This document shows, in pieces, positions 48,464 to 62,000 of a stretch of 64,000 nucleotides of DNA (position 1 is the stretch's first letter; each line of letters opens with the position of its first letter). Below the pieces are notes generated by a model. That model had not been told where the DNA came from. It was given only the letters and a program-made list of their open reading frames with translations, and did no database searches. The DNA is taken from assembly GCA_036172245.1 (NCBI GenBank), contig JAYWIR010000003.1:3038001-3102000 (forward strand), read 5' to 3'. Origin of the DNA: Raillietiella orientalis. Lineage: Eukaryota. The position numbers and the translations under genes were made by a program.

Positions 48464-50196
48464 CTACTTGGGGGCCGGCAGCTTGCAGATCGCATTGTGC
48501 ACGGGCATGGCGAGGAATGCGGAGAGTACGATGCCGGCGGTGTCGGCGGCGGAGGTCACTGACAGCGCAAACGGTTTGCGAGCCTCTTCGACCTCGTGGT
48601 GGATGCGGAAGAATGCGTTGATGTAGACGCCGCCCCCGAGGAGACCCTCGTAGAATATGATGGCCAGGACGATCCAGATGCTCGGGAGGAACCAATAGAT
48701 GGCAATGAACACGCACAAGATGGCGTTGACGAACTGCCCGAGGAAGGGAAGAGGTGGCCGTGCCCGGCGAAAAACGGCCCCCGGAGGGCTCACCTGCAGG
48801 AAAGACAGCAGGCCGATTTTCTTGATGTGCACGAGATTCACGGACGAGCGGGAAATCAGCACTCCGAGCTGGTAATCCACCTGATACCAACGATACTGCT
48901 CCGACAGCTCCATGCCCGCGTTGGGGAAGTACATCAGCTCCATCTAGCGACGATGCGGTGAACTAGCGCGGCGCGGGGAGGAGCGCGCTCTCGATTTGGC
49001 TGCCTGCGCCGAGACGAAGGGTGGGCGCAGAAGGGCCCATCCTTCCTCTCCTTCCTTCCCCACCCCATCCCTTTCCGCCGCCCCCCGCGCGCATACTCAC
49101 CAGTCCTTGGTTAATGAAATACTCGGAGAAGTAGACCAGGAACAGGGGGATCATGTAGCGGAACAGCTTCGGAACCTCCTTCAGGTGCTGCTTCAGGTCC
49201 ACTATCTCGTTCTGCAGGGCGTGTTGCCCTCCGGGAGAGCTTGGGTGGGTCATGACCAGCCAGAACCTGGAAGGAAGTAGCAGGATGAAGAGGGGAAGGA
49301 TGGGGGTGGGATGGGGGGAAACAGCGAAACGGGGCGTAGGGAGGAGAGGGGTCAGAGAACTCACATGATTCCCATGGTGACGGGGACGCACAGGAACAGC
49401 AGGATGGTGTGCCTGGAGGACAGCCCGAGGGAGATGAGTCCTGCGTACCCCAGCGCTCCGAAGAAGCCCGCTCCTCCTGTGCCCGAGGCCCATGAGGACA
49501 GCACGTTACTGAACGTGGGCCCGGGGGGGAAGGAAAGACGTAAACAAAAGAGGGAGGAAGAGTCGCTTGTCTTTACGCGTGGAAGGCGGAGCTGTAGCTG
49601 AGCAGGGTCATTTCTCCCAGTCCGCTGGCGAGGGAGGTCAGAGCGACGCCCAGGTAGGTCTGCCAGAGAGCGTTCGAGAACGCCACCAGCAGGAGGCTGG
49701 CGATGGTGAGGGCGACCATGGAGACCATCTTGAAGCTGACGAAAGAAACGGGAGGTTCTCGTTTTCGGACCTCCCCCCCGGAAGAGGGAGGGAGGAGAAA
49801 CTGACTGGATGTTGAGGAGCACGTAAGGCATGGAAACCTTCACGAGGAGCGACGGCACGATGTCGGCCAGGAGGATGGTGCTGGTGGATGCCAGGTTGCA
49901 CTGACGGGAGGGATCCCCTTCGCCCACCGGTGGGGCCACGGTAGTGGTGGTGGTCGAACCCTGCCGAGAGGGGAGGCGTCGGGAGGCTGCGTCGCGGAGA
50001 AACAGGAGGGCGAGAGGAGACACCCCGACCCTCGCATCCCGACCCCAGGGGACCACGATATGCTCACGTCATCCGAGTTCCAGGAGGGGTGGAGCACGTC
50101 ATGGGCGGCACTCAGCATGATGACGTAGGAAAGGTTGTTGCAGAGTCCCAGGAACCAGAAGGCGACTAGGTTCCTCCAAGACTCCCTCTTTTCGGC
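48464..50196 (-). CDS. CLN3: Battenin (CLN3 family lysosomal membrane protein); conserved core, N-terminal exons uncertain (possibly up to the ATG at 50869)
   Basis: [80 protein letters not shown] and [13 protein letters not shown], joined across GT-AG introns. Stop at 48464. Confidence 0.93.
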
Positions 50197-52272
50197 CTGG
50201 GGCGGCGCTGGCAAGGAAGAGAAAGAGGGATAATTCGGCCGGGAATGCGCCCAGCAGGGAAGAAAATGCGCAGCAGTGCGGAGCAAGGGAGGAGGAGGCA
50301 AATAAATTTCCTCCCTCTCCCTCTTCCTCCTCGCGCGACCGTCGCCGCCGCCCACGCCTCCAGAACTCGGCCCACCCATCCACTCTAGGGCTCGGTCCAC
50401 CCTACCGCACAAGCGCCGACCTCTGCTCGCAGCTCCCTCAGCAGTCGAGACCTACCAAACCTGCCCGTCGTCACCGGGGTCGGAGGAAGGAGCCTGCCCC
50501 TTACCCCTCGTGCAAGGAACGAAAGGAAACCCTTATCCTCACAGTTGTCGGGCCGGTTGCTTCCACGCGATCCTCGTGTCCCCTGCTGCTGCTCCTCCTC
50601 CTTCCAGGAGACACCGGCGACACTCGGCATAGCGAGCGAGCGCCCCGTTCCCCCGCTGCCCCCTCGTTCATCCCGTGCGACGCCTCCGGCGGGAGGTCTT
50701 GCGCGCATCCTCCTCCGTTCTGCAAACCTCGACCCTCCCTCCCCATCCCAGCTGCCCACTCCTCCTCTGGAAGAGTCGTTCGTAAGCCCTCACGCACCGC
50801 CGAGGCCAACACCACAAGCATAGGGAAAGAAGAGAGTGGAAGCGTACCTAGTTGTTGGTCCATCTCCATGGAGGAGAGGGTCTTGGCTGATCTCGGCGGC
50901 AGCCGAAGTTCCCGTTCGCCCGGCGATTGGTTTCGCGGTTCCAGGAGCTTCTCAGTGGGCTGCAGCAAACAGAGAGGAGGGGAGAGAGAAGGAAAGAGAA
51001 GGGAACCTCCGTTCAGACGAGGCGCTCAGTTTTATCCAGAGGTTGGCACGATGGGCGCTCCCGGCGCTTCCGGTCTCGGGACGTGCGCTTCCATCCTACT
51101 TCCCCGTAGGGCGATCCTTGGCAACGGAAGTGTGGACGCACACCTTTAGGTCCACCTGGGCGGCGCCTCTCCTGGGCCAACGAGCTCACGTGACGCGCGC
51201 TCCCTGCTTTCCTCTCCTGACCTCTCCACCACCACCACCCTTCCGCCCGCCCTCCTGCACCGCAGTCTCTAGGAAACGTACGAGTCTTCCTAGCCCTCCT
51301 TCGTCACGAGGAACGCCCGGCGGCAGTGGGTGTGTCCCAGGAAACCACGTCGCGTTTCTCCATCCTCCCGGCCACTCCTCGTCGTCCCGGCACGAGAGGG
51401 ATCTCCTGCCTCTCCGCGTGTCCACCCGACCCGACCCAAGGATTGTCCGCCGGGATGAATGGCAACCTTCGCCCTCTCACGTGGGGTTCTTGGTCCCTTG
51501 CAGGCCGGCATCCCGCCCACCCCTTCGCTGTGATAATCTGCCCTCGAGACGATCGGAGGAAACCTCCCTCCGAGAGAATGGCGACGAGGGGCGCCCCATC
51601 CGCCCTACTGATCTTTCCGCACGCCTATCGGCACAGATTCCGTCGTGCGCAAAAGACCGAAAGATCGCGCGCCATTCTCTCTCTTTCTCGAGTCCTCTTG
51701 AGACGGCCCCGTCTTCTCCTGAGCCTCCTCCTGACTCCCCCCCTTCAGGATCTCCTGAGAACCGCAGACCCACTTCCTCGCTTGGCAGGACCTTCCCCGC
51801 CTCGCCCGGAGGCCGGGGACATGCACCTCACGGGCGAAATCCACCCGCTCGCGAAAATCGCCAGGGCAACCGGCGAAATCTCCCTGGCCACCGCTGCGTT
51901 TCCCTTCTCGCAAAAAAAAAAAAAAAAACTCGATCCGGCCGGATCACCAACGGCAACGCGACCGGCGAACGCCCTGAACGAAACGTCGGAATGTCCCGAA
52001 ACAACGAGCGGGGGCGACGAGACGCTTTCCTGGATTCTGGAAGCCTCCACCGGGCCAGGCGGGCACGCCGGGGAGGGAGAAGCCGCTCGCGCGACTTCCC
52101 CCCACTTTTACTGGGGAGAAAGAAAGTTGGGCGTCGAACGGAAGCTCCACTCCCATGAATTTTTGCTGCAGGCGTCGTCTCACGAGCTGCTGCGTCCGCT
52201 CCACGGAACCCAACCGCGCACGGAACTTCCTTGCAGCCTCTTAACAAAAAAGAGTGTGGCAACACCAAAAAC

Positions 52273-52303
<31 letters not shown>

Positions 52304-53663
52304 AAAACTTTTCTCGAAAGCGTTCGCCCGCACCACTGGCCGTGTGCGTGCACGGCTTCCAGAACGATCGAAAACGCACGCTCTGCGGGCGGCACCCTCG
52401 AAATCTATTTTTAAACCCAAGACGTCACAAACCCGGTGACCAGGCGCATTGTTGGCGCTTGGCGTGCAGCGAGCGGCACTGTTGCCTACGCGACGCCGTT
52501 GCCTGGGTGCAGGCCGGGCGGCGACAGAAGGTGGGGGGGGGGGGAAGGAAATCCGATTTCTGGTTTGGAGCGCGCAGGTTTTCCATCTTCGATGTGAATG
52601 TCGCCAAGGCCATTATGACTTCGTGGCGGAACTTCGCAAAGCGCCCCCCCCCCCGAAGCCAAACGCTGAAGCACTGTGCCAGCAAGACTCTGTTTCGAAA
52701 TCGGAGGTTTCTTCTTCACATTTGCCCTGAGGCCTTTGCTGAAGAGCAAGCGTCGGATGCTAGAAGACTTCCCATCTTTTATTTTCATTTTTGGGGGCAG
52801 GGCATGCTGAGATAGTTCTTACTTATCAAGCGAGCCAGCCACCCAAGATCGTATCAGAACCCAAGGGCTGCATCTAAGATATCTCTCAATAATAATAATA
52901 ATAATAATAATTAAAAGCAAAACAAGGATTACAAGAATGCAAAGCGCGATCCGAGGGGATGGGGCCTGGATGCTGCATTCATATGCCAATTTCTCTTGAG
53001 CTGACTTTGGTGGTATGGAACCTCTTCTGTTCAGTTAGTCTGGTCCTCCCATTGCAGCAGCACTTCCTTGGAACACACATGGCTTTGCGAGTCAAACTTC
53101 TATCCTAAAGTAGAGCGATCTCCGGTCCCCTCTAAGGAATCCAGGGAAAGACCGCCATTTCGAAACCTTTCGTAAGGATAACGACTGCGATCTGCGAGTG
53201 TGAAGACAAAAGACTGGATGAACCAGAAGTTGATGTTGGGCTAACGAGCGCTCCTATTTTACCACTAAGAAAACCGCTTCACAGCAAGCAAACATAAAAG
53301 TGCCAGGCTAGAAGAACACCCCCTATTAACACTATCCAACCAACGGAGACTGACTACCTTGCAAGAACCGCAAAATTGCAGACGAAATGCAGACGCGAGG
53401 AAAAAGAGGCTCGGAAGTGGTGAAGCAAGGAAAATTCCGAGTGCGCGAGGGACGACTCTTGCCAGCCACCGACCCACGAAGAACGCAAGCACCGAAGAAG
53501 CGAAATCGTCCGCGGATGAGCGTGAAGGCTTGGAGCCATCTATTTTTTTTCTGCCTTCGGAGAAGGAAGAGGGGCCGGGCCGGCTGGGTGCGCCCCGCCC
53601 GCCGCCGCCGCCGCCGCCGCCACTCCTCGCGAACGCCCGCGGAGTGATCCGGGAGGGCCAGCG

Positions 53664-53945
53664 GTGGTCGCCCGCGGTCGGTCGCCTCGGTGGACTGCGC
53701 GTGCCCCTGCCCTGCGGCTGCAACGAGCTGCCCTTCCTGCGCGGCGGCACGATCGACGTGCTGGGGATGAACCCCAGCGGCACCTGGAAGGGCGCGTGGG
53801 CAGCTTCGAGCTCGTCAGCGTGGACGTCACCACGGAGGAGCCCCTCCTCAGGCTCCGCTCTGGGACTGCCCTGCGGCGACCGACCGCCAGCTTCGAAAAG
53901 TTCCTGCAGGAGGGGCAGCTGCAGAGCTACGCGCGCCGCTCCTCT
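53664..53945 (+). pseudogene. Frameshifted SH3 + start of SAM domain, SASH1/SAMSN1 (SLy/SKIP)-like relic
   Basis: VASVDC / ELPFLRGGTIDVLGMNPSGTWKG / RVGSFELVSVDV..SFEKFLQEGQLQSY need frameshifts to join. No other exons of the gene are visible. Confidence 0.65.
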
Positions 53946-55399
53946 CTCCGTGGACCTCTGCCAGGGACCCTATGGAGAAAAGATGCGGAAAATGCACGCG
54001 GAGACATGTCCTCCAGCAGAATGAACGCCTCGACCAAGACCGGACCATAGAGATGCGAGTGTGTCCGCGGTCTGGTCCAGTGCAGCAGGTGGGTGAGAGG
54101 ACTTATCTTTTGCCATTGTGCGAATTTTCGCTTGGGGGATAGGAGGGGGCCGCCGAGTTTACATGAATTCATCACGCTGTGTAAGCCAATTTTACGTCCG
54201 CCTGTTCGACGTGATCATGGGCTCACAGAACTGGAGTGGAGAACCCACGTGGCAAGCAGTTTCTTATCGCCGAAAACGCCACCCGCAAACTTCTACGAGG
54301 ATAAAATTCCATGCGCCGAACGAGCAAGCGTGCGTGCGTACACACAAGTACACCTGTGTACACACAATCATTTCCATGCGGTTTTAGCGGTAGTGCCATT
54401 CATCAAGCTCGGCTGCAGAAAGTCGATCCGAGAAAGAATTCGTTCCACGCGTTGGTGAGATCAGATCTATCAAGAACCTTCTCCCCCCCCCCCCCCCAAA
54501 AAAAAAAAACAAGCATTCTCGCAAGAACGGCATTAACAGCAAAAAAAAAAAAAAAAAAAAAAAGGGCATTTCGACGGCACGGCGTAAAGAAAGGAAAAAA
54601 AAAAAAACAGCCGAGCCCCTCCGCCTGCAGACGCGCGCGGAGAGAGATGCGACGGCCGCAGATGCCGGGCGCGGGAGGGCGCACGCGGAACTACGAGACA
54701 CGGGGTGGGGGAGGGCAACGCTTCCCGCGCGAGCAAAAGCTGGGTCCAGACAAACAGGTGCTTGCCCACGTACCATACCTTTCAGCAGGTCGTCGATTTG
54801 CTTCATCTCAGAACCGTTCAGCAGGTCGGCCTCGCTTGACACAGGAGAGGAGCCTTGGCAGTGCGAGCATGGCGCGTGTGGTTCCTCCGCGTCACACCTC
54901 TCGGCTACTGCATCGGGAGGAAATACGAGAGGGTGGGTTTCGCAAGAGCGGGGGGGGGGGGAGAGAGAGAGGGGAGGGGGGTGGGAGGGAGGGAGGAGAA
55001 TGTTTTCCGATCGAGAACCCAGTTTTCCTTTGAGGCTCTGAAAACAGGGATGGACTAATCAGGAGGGTAATGGGCGCCAATTTAAATAATGGTATTCCCT
55101 TCTGCCCCGCGCGAATGGGAGCAGCCGCCACGAGGAAAGTGGTAGAGAAGTATCGCCGCGCGGAGAAGAGAGAGCAGCAGCGGCAGCGAGCCCCCCCGGG
55201 ATGCTGCTCTTCCGAAGTTCTCGCTTGGTTCACCTGGTCGGATTTCGCCCGCTGGGCGGTGGATTCGAAAGGCTCGCCGCGGCACAGCTCCAGCACGGGA
55301 ATCACTTTCCTCCCTGGGATTTCCCTGAACCCTCGAAAGACCCTTCCAAGATGCTGTTGCCCGAATTGGCACTCGTCGTGGAGACAACGAGCAGACGCA

Positions 55400-56010
55400 C
55401 CTTCACTGGTTTTCTACTGCAGATTACGTATTCCTCAAGTTCGCTTTGCCTTTCAGGCACAGGGTCTTCAGGATTCAGAAGCAACACGTGAAAAAAATCG
55501 CGGAACTGAGGTTTCCTCATCATTTTTTCTATTTTTTTTTTTTTTCCTGTGAGCTCAGACTCTCCGGAGTTTCTTCTCGCTACCCCTTATTACCAAACCG
55601 TGATGGGAACGGTTTGTCGAACGGCGAAGACGGTTGTTCTCCGTCTCGTCAACGGTAAACTGGGCAAGCCCTACTTTCTCTTATTTCCTTCGTGTCGCAA
55701 GTAGACAGCTGCCTGCTCTATCCGAAAAATTGATTCGAGAAGGAATCGAATAATGGAGGAAAGTGTGTACTGAAATTTTCGGAATGCATGCTTGCTTGGA
55801 AATTCTCGATGATATCACGTTTAGATGCCTCACAAGCACTCACATAGAAGTGAAGGAGATGCGATTCTCACTTTAATCTATCCGGTTTACGTTGAGCACT
55901 CTACTTTCTTCCCTGCTTCCCTCAGATGAAGTCCCATTGCACTCAACTTTCATCCAGTTTTCTTGAACCAAGATGAATGAATGAAGGGACTGCCGAAGCA
56001 GTCGATTAAA
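55400..56010. repeat. Direct duplication, copy 1 (partner 58165-58735)
   Basis: The core ~55578-55965 is near-identical to ~58306-58693, while the flanks are homologous but diverged. Confidence 0.95.
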
Positions 56011-56779
56011 AAAAAAAAAAAAAAGGAAAAAGAAAAAACAAATGAAAATTACTTTCCATTTCGTTTGTTAATAGTGGATAAAGTTAGCTAACTTTGCCCA
56101 CACAAAGTAAAATAAACGTGACCTCGGAAGAATTTTGTTCTTGCCCTTGTCGCTGCAAAGAACAATGACCCAGCTGCGGGAGACCATGTGCTCACGCTTG
56201 AAAGACATGACCTTCGTTTGGGTTCATGGAACCGTCCGCCTATTACGATTTAATAGGTTCCGCTAGTTGGCAGACACCAATCTTCCAGACGCATCCAAAG
56301 CACTCTATTCTCTGACCTTGACAGGAAAGCAATCCGCCTGATGTTTTTCAGCTAGCAGTAGGGGTGATGCAGTCACGATTTCACCAGAACGAGTACGAGT
56401 TACTCAATCGAATGCATATTATTGTTTACCGATAAGAAGAACAAGAATTCGATAAAAGCAAAATATTATTACTGTGATAAGCACGATAAGCAATTATCAG
56501 CTCACTTCAGTTACCGAAAGTGTTAATCGAAGCAATAACAGAATGCAATTCTGATGCATCTTGAAGAAAACTTGAGAGCGCATGCACAAAGTAATGACAG
56601 GAATTAGCGAGAGGTCACGTCCTTAGGCAGTAGTTTTAAGGAATTTTCGTAAAACGGATATTACGAAGGGGGAACTTCAAACTGCTAACCTTCGGTTTTG
56701 GAACATCCAGGGACCAAAACCTGAGTTATCGTGCCAACGGTCAAGCTCCTGCTGAAACCACCGCATACTTTGATCAGGG

Positions 56780-58700
56780 ACTTTGATCCTGACGCATGAG
56801 CTCACATAGCTTGTACTCCCTTCGCTTCTTGGATTCGTTTTTCATTCTCCCTCCTGCGCCCAACTGAAAGCCACTGCATCCGTTCCTGCCGGAAGCAGAT
56901 TCTTTTCTTACAGCCGCTGCCTATCTTTGAGCATAGCGTGGCTTGTCCATCCGCCTAACCGAGAATCTACAAAAGTGCACTCGGGGGGAGAGCGAAGACT
57001 GCTGGGACAGTAGTCCTGCAGATGCCTCTCGGGAACGCAGTCGGGGAAACCAAGACACCGAAAAGACCACCTTGTTCCCGAAGTGACACTTTGTGTTCAC
57101 CACCAGCAGCCAAGGAAGAACAACGAACCAGAAGAATCTGTGGAGATGTTCCCAGGCCATTTCTGCAGAAGCTGGTTAGATGAAGCAACAAGCTTCCTGA
57201 AGCCATAGAATACTAATATTGTGAAAACGCATACCATAAGTGTTCCTGGATCGGAAGGAAATCTCCCTTGGCTGTGTCAACCTCAGTTTGGAAGGGGAGC
57301 ATCAGCTGTCCAGAAAGCACATCGATCTCCCTCAGCGAAGACCGGAGGTGTTTTGAAAGATATACGGACGTTTCTTCCCGAAGAAATTTTGGTCTGAAGG
57401 GCTCCAGGCGACCGCTCCCTCTTCTCGCCCCTTTCACACGCATGCATACAGCTGGCACCCTTCCTGGATATTCTACCGGAACTCATCATAACAGGGCTGC
57501 ATTTCCTGCCCGTATCACATTGGCAGAGAGTTGGCTTCGGTCCGCACAAGCGACTGTTGAGCTACGGAACCCCTTCAGGGCAACGGAAGGTGCATGTCTC
57601 AGGAATAAGGCCCGAAGACATGGAATTGTGACAGGTGAGGAGTACCCGCGACATTCTTCCAACGAGTTGCTGACTCTTCGGCCACATAGCAAAGTATTAT
57701 TACTACTGGATTTGAATCGGGGAAACGAGTTCTTTTGAAATTACAAAAAAAGGAGCAATCATATTCCGTGCTTCAAGAAAATCTCTCCATCCGGCATTGG
57801 GTCATTCCAGACTGCAGTTTCAAAGGAGTGGATTAAGTCTTCCGTGGGGTGGTGGATATCAGGAGAAACTCTCGTTTCTAGGAGGTCTGGATGAGAGGAG
57901 TGGGAAGCGGAGTTCACCGACTTTTTGATCAGCGTCGGCGTTCTATAGCATGTAGGTGCTTGATAATGCTTCGCTCTGCCATCCACTGGTTAAGGCTTCT
58001 CTTCACACCTAGAGGTACCGAAGCACGCCTTTTATGGAAAAGGGAAGGGTAACTACAACTAAAGTGGAATTCCATCGACCAGCAAAGGAAAATATCTTCC
58101 CATATGGTCTGTTTCGTCAAACAATATTGCGATTTCTTATGCCAGACATCTTGATTGTAGTGCCTTTACTGATTTTCTAATGAAACTTATGCCTCAAGTT
58201 CTTCAGGTCCTTTAGAATTCAAAAACAATAAATAAAAAATTGTGGAACTGAGGTTTTCTCATCATTTTTTTTTTTCCTGTAAGCTCAGACTCTCAAGAGT
58301 TTCTGGCTACCCCTTATTACCAAACCGTGATGGGAACGGTTTGTCGAACGGCGAAGACGGTTGTTCTCCGTCTCGTCAACGGTAAACTGGGCAAGCCTTA
58401 CTTCCTCTTATTTCCTTCGTGTCGCAAGTAGACAGCTGCCTGCTCTATCCGAAAAATTGATTCGAGAAGGAATCGAATAATGGAGGAAAGTGTGTACTGA
58501 AATTTTCGGAATGCATGCTTGCTTGGAAATTCTCGATGATATCACGTTTAGATGCCTCACAAGCACTCACATAGAAGTGAAGGAGATGCGATTCTCACTT
58601 TAATCTATCCGGTTTACGTTGAGCACTCTACTTTCTTCCCTGCTTCCCTCAGATGAAGTCCCATTGCACTGAACTTTCATCCAGTTTTCTTGAATCAAGA
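56780..58700 (-). other. Candidate unannotated multi-exon gene, divergent from importin-9
   Basis: Short open segments bounded by donor-like (gtaagg, gtatgc, gtaaga, gtgagc) and acceptor-like (cttcag, ctttcag) sites on the minus strand. No recognisable domain, and no full frame could be assembled. Confidence 0.35.
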
Positions 58701-58735
58701 TATGAATGAAAAGACTGCTGAAGTAGTCAGTTTAA
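58165..58735. repeat. Direct duplication, copy 2
   Basis: See 55400-56010. Confidence 0.95.
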
Positions 58736-59089
58736 AGATGTAGTTTTTCGATCTACCTTTCTTCCTGATCTATCGATCGGTCCAATAAAAAATATGTACT
58801 ACACAATTACCTTTAGGAAAATTCCGAATTTGTTTTTTTAGTATGCTTTTATCGTCAGCTCACTTGAAGCGAAGTTATGCAAGCAAAAAAAAAAAGCATA
58901 TGAAAAACATTAACATTCTTACTCAACTGCTTGGGTGGTGGTAACAATGGAGAACAGAGCAATGTAGGCTGAGTTTTCGTGTTGTGTGCCCATTTTTGTT
59001 TTCTAATGATTCACGTACTGATGCTTTATTTCCCCAAAGATAGAGATTGCTTTTATTCTTTTCCAATGTATAAGAATAGCTTATAAGTG

Positions 59090-62000
59090 ATGGCAGGAAG
59101 TGTAGAAGGGACATGTTTCAAACAGATCATTTTGTCATCCCTTTATAATGTGCTTTCTTCGGATCCAACATTGCGGCGTTTAGCAGAAGAGAAGATTCAT
59201 ACCTTAGAAGTTATTGAAGGTTTGATAAATTTGTTTACTCATTTTTCTCGTGTAGAATTTTCAAGTGCAAAGTTTGGGGTAAGTAGTAAGATTAAGTGCT
59301 TTAAAATGCTTGTTCATTCGTCACGTATATTGTATGGATTAAGAATTCTGTGTTAAGTCGGTGTCTCGTGAATGAATTTCTACAGGATGACGTTTGATTG
59401 GTGTCTGGATGATCGACCATGTGGATCAGTTTTTGCCGTTACATACATTTGTATATTGTGTTTCTCTTTGCATGCATATTGTTTTTCATTGAATTACCAT
59501 CTTTACGATCAAATATGTTTCAGAATTTGGAGTATATTTAGGTGAAATATTGTTAAACACTGCAGAAGCTGTTGCGATTAGACAGTTGGCATCCTTACTG
59601 TTAAAACAGTACATAGAAGTACATTGGACGCCGATTTCGGAAAAGTTCGCACACCCGGAAATTAATCAACATTCGAAGACAATCATCAGGAACATTTTGC
59701 TCATCTCTTTAAAAGAAAACGCCAGCAAAATTCGGTAAGTGTATGTTTGGGATGATTATATATCTCAAATGGAATCTTTTTGAATGGAGGATAGCCCTTA
59801 ATTTTTCATTTTCATGCTTGCATATTTTCACTAGGTGTTCAGTAGCTCATGCAATTTCGATTATTGCAACTTGGGATTGGCCAGAGCAGTGGCCTGAACT
59901 ATTGGATTCTCTTGTTAGTTATTTGAACTGTGGTGATGCAAGTACAGTTCATGGTACAATGAGAGTATTGACAGAATTTTCAAGGGATGTAGCAGATACT
60001 CAGATTTTTCAAGTTGTTCCTGTCCTTCTTCCTGAAGTGTATAAAGTGATGGTGGAATCAAAGGTAGTTTGAATAATTGGGCTTCTTGAAATCTGGTTAG
60101 TGTTTTAGCTTACGAACTCGAGGTCGTGCAGTTGAAATTGCTAGCACATTGTTCAATGTGATTTGTACCATGCAAGAGGTGGATCAGCAAGCTGTCCACA
60201 TTCTATTAGAACCGCTTCTTCCTGCCTTTGTTAGTTCTTTGATTCAAATCTTAGGCACATCAGATAGTTCAGTTAATGATTGTGGCTTCAAAGCAGAAAT
60301 TCTTGATGTTCTCACATTTCTCATTAAGCGATTGCCAGAGCAGATGGAACCTTGGCTTTTGCAAATCATCAATACAGTATGGTCTGCACTGACCAACAGC
60401 AGTGATGCATACCTACAACTTGTTGTTAATGGGACTGACAGTTATGAAGAAGATGTTGATTCAGATGGTGAAAATTTCCATCATCTACCTTATTTAACAA
60501 ATTCCCATTTATAGGAGAAGGATGGGGAATGGAAACGCTAATTTTCAATTTGTTTGATTTTGTCCAGTGTCTACTCAAGATGCGCAAGTTGCAGTGCATG
60601 CTACAAGAGGGGCTACCAGATTTGTTGTATTATCTCATTGGTTACATGCAAATGACTGTTGAGCAGGTAGAATGAACTCTTATAACAAGATTCAGATGAA
60701 TTCTAGACACAAGCTTGGCAAACTGATGTGGACCAGTTTGTGGAAGACAACAGTGAAGAATTATATGCATATTCTGTGCGAGTGTCAGCCAAACAACTTA
60801 TTCAGGTACTTTAACTAGTAGTTAAAGTATTTAGAAGTGTTGTTTAGCATTTGCAGCAAAAGTTCACTGAGGATATTTTTGCAAGCTTGCACAAGGCATT
60901 ACAAAGGCATTTGATGGATGCTGAAGCCAAAAGAGCAACTGGATCCTCCAACTGGTGGAAAATTCACGAGGCATGTTTCCTTGCTCTGGGAACAGTTAGG
61001 AATGGAATGCACGACAAAATGAAAAGCTGCATGAACTTTGACTTCACAGCTTTTCATCTAAATGTCATTGTACCTGATCTCAATGTTTCTGGTAGACAAA
61101 TCCCCTGTCAGACTGATTGGCTGATTTGCCATCCAAGATTATCCATTTCTCATCAGTCGTTGTTTGTGGCTAATTAGTTGCTATCTGTCTGAGATAGAAC
61201 TTCCTTTACAACAACAGCTAATGCAAGCCATTAGCACAGCAATGAGTCAAGAAAATGTCATCATTTGTGTAGGAGCAGTAAGAGCTGTCCATGAAGCATG
61301 CCAACAAATTGGAAAACACAGACGAGATGTTATGTTTCCTTATCTACAGACTCTGCTTGAAGGATTATTGACTGTTGCATCTCAGTATGGATCTGGTATA
61401 TTGATCTTATCGTTGGAAACTCTCAGTCTGCTATTAGAAGTAAATGCCAACATAAAGTATGCTTTGCACTGTAATTCCACAGATGAATGCGTCCTTCACA
61501 AGCTGTGCTGAACAAAGGGTCACATCCTTTTTAATGTCTACATTTCTGAAACATAGCAATGGTGAGAGCTGTTATTTGAAACACATGATTTTGTGCTTTG
61601 CAGATCCTATGATTTCTCAATTAGTTCAGGACAATGTTCGAGTATTATTGGCAAATTTGCAGTCTCAGGAAAATTTTCATCAGCATGTCATGCCAATGTT
61701 GACCAACATTTTGCAAGCAGATGTAGCTGATGTGCCTCCAGGTACGGTGGCTGCTAAGTCATCAGGTTCACTGTATCGTAGGCATGCACAATTTGGCTCT
61801 TGAGGTTATGGAAACTCTACTACGCAACTCTCACTCAGCAATGAATGCTCAGTTACTCAATAATGCGTTTGTGGTAGTTGTGCAGTGCATTCTTCGCACT
61901 CAAGACAGTGCCATCTTGCAAGGTGGTGGACAGTGCATCTGTGCCTTTGTTTCTGCAGCCTCCGATCTTCTCTGTATGGCATCCAAAGAGCATGCTGTAG

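Noticed and set aside
55548..58735. LTR retrotransposon bounded by the direct repeats
   Set aside because: Homology fades gradually beyond any TG...CA boundary. No PBS, PPT or TSD, and no gag/pol motifs in the interior.
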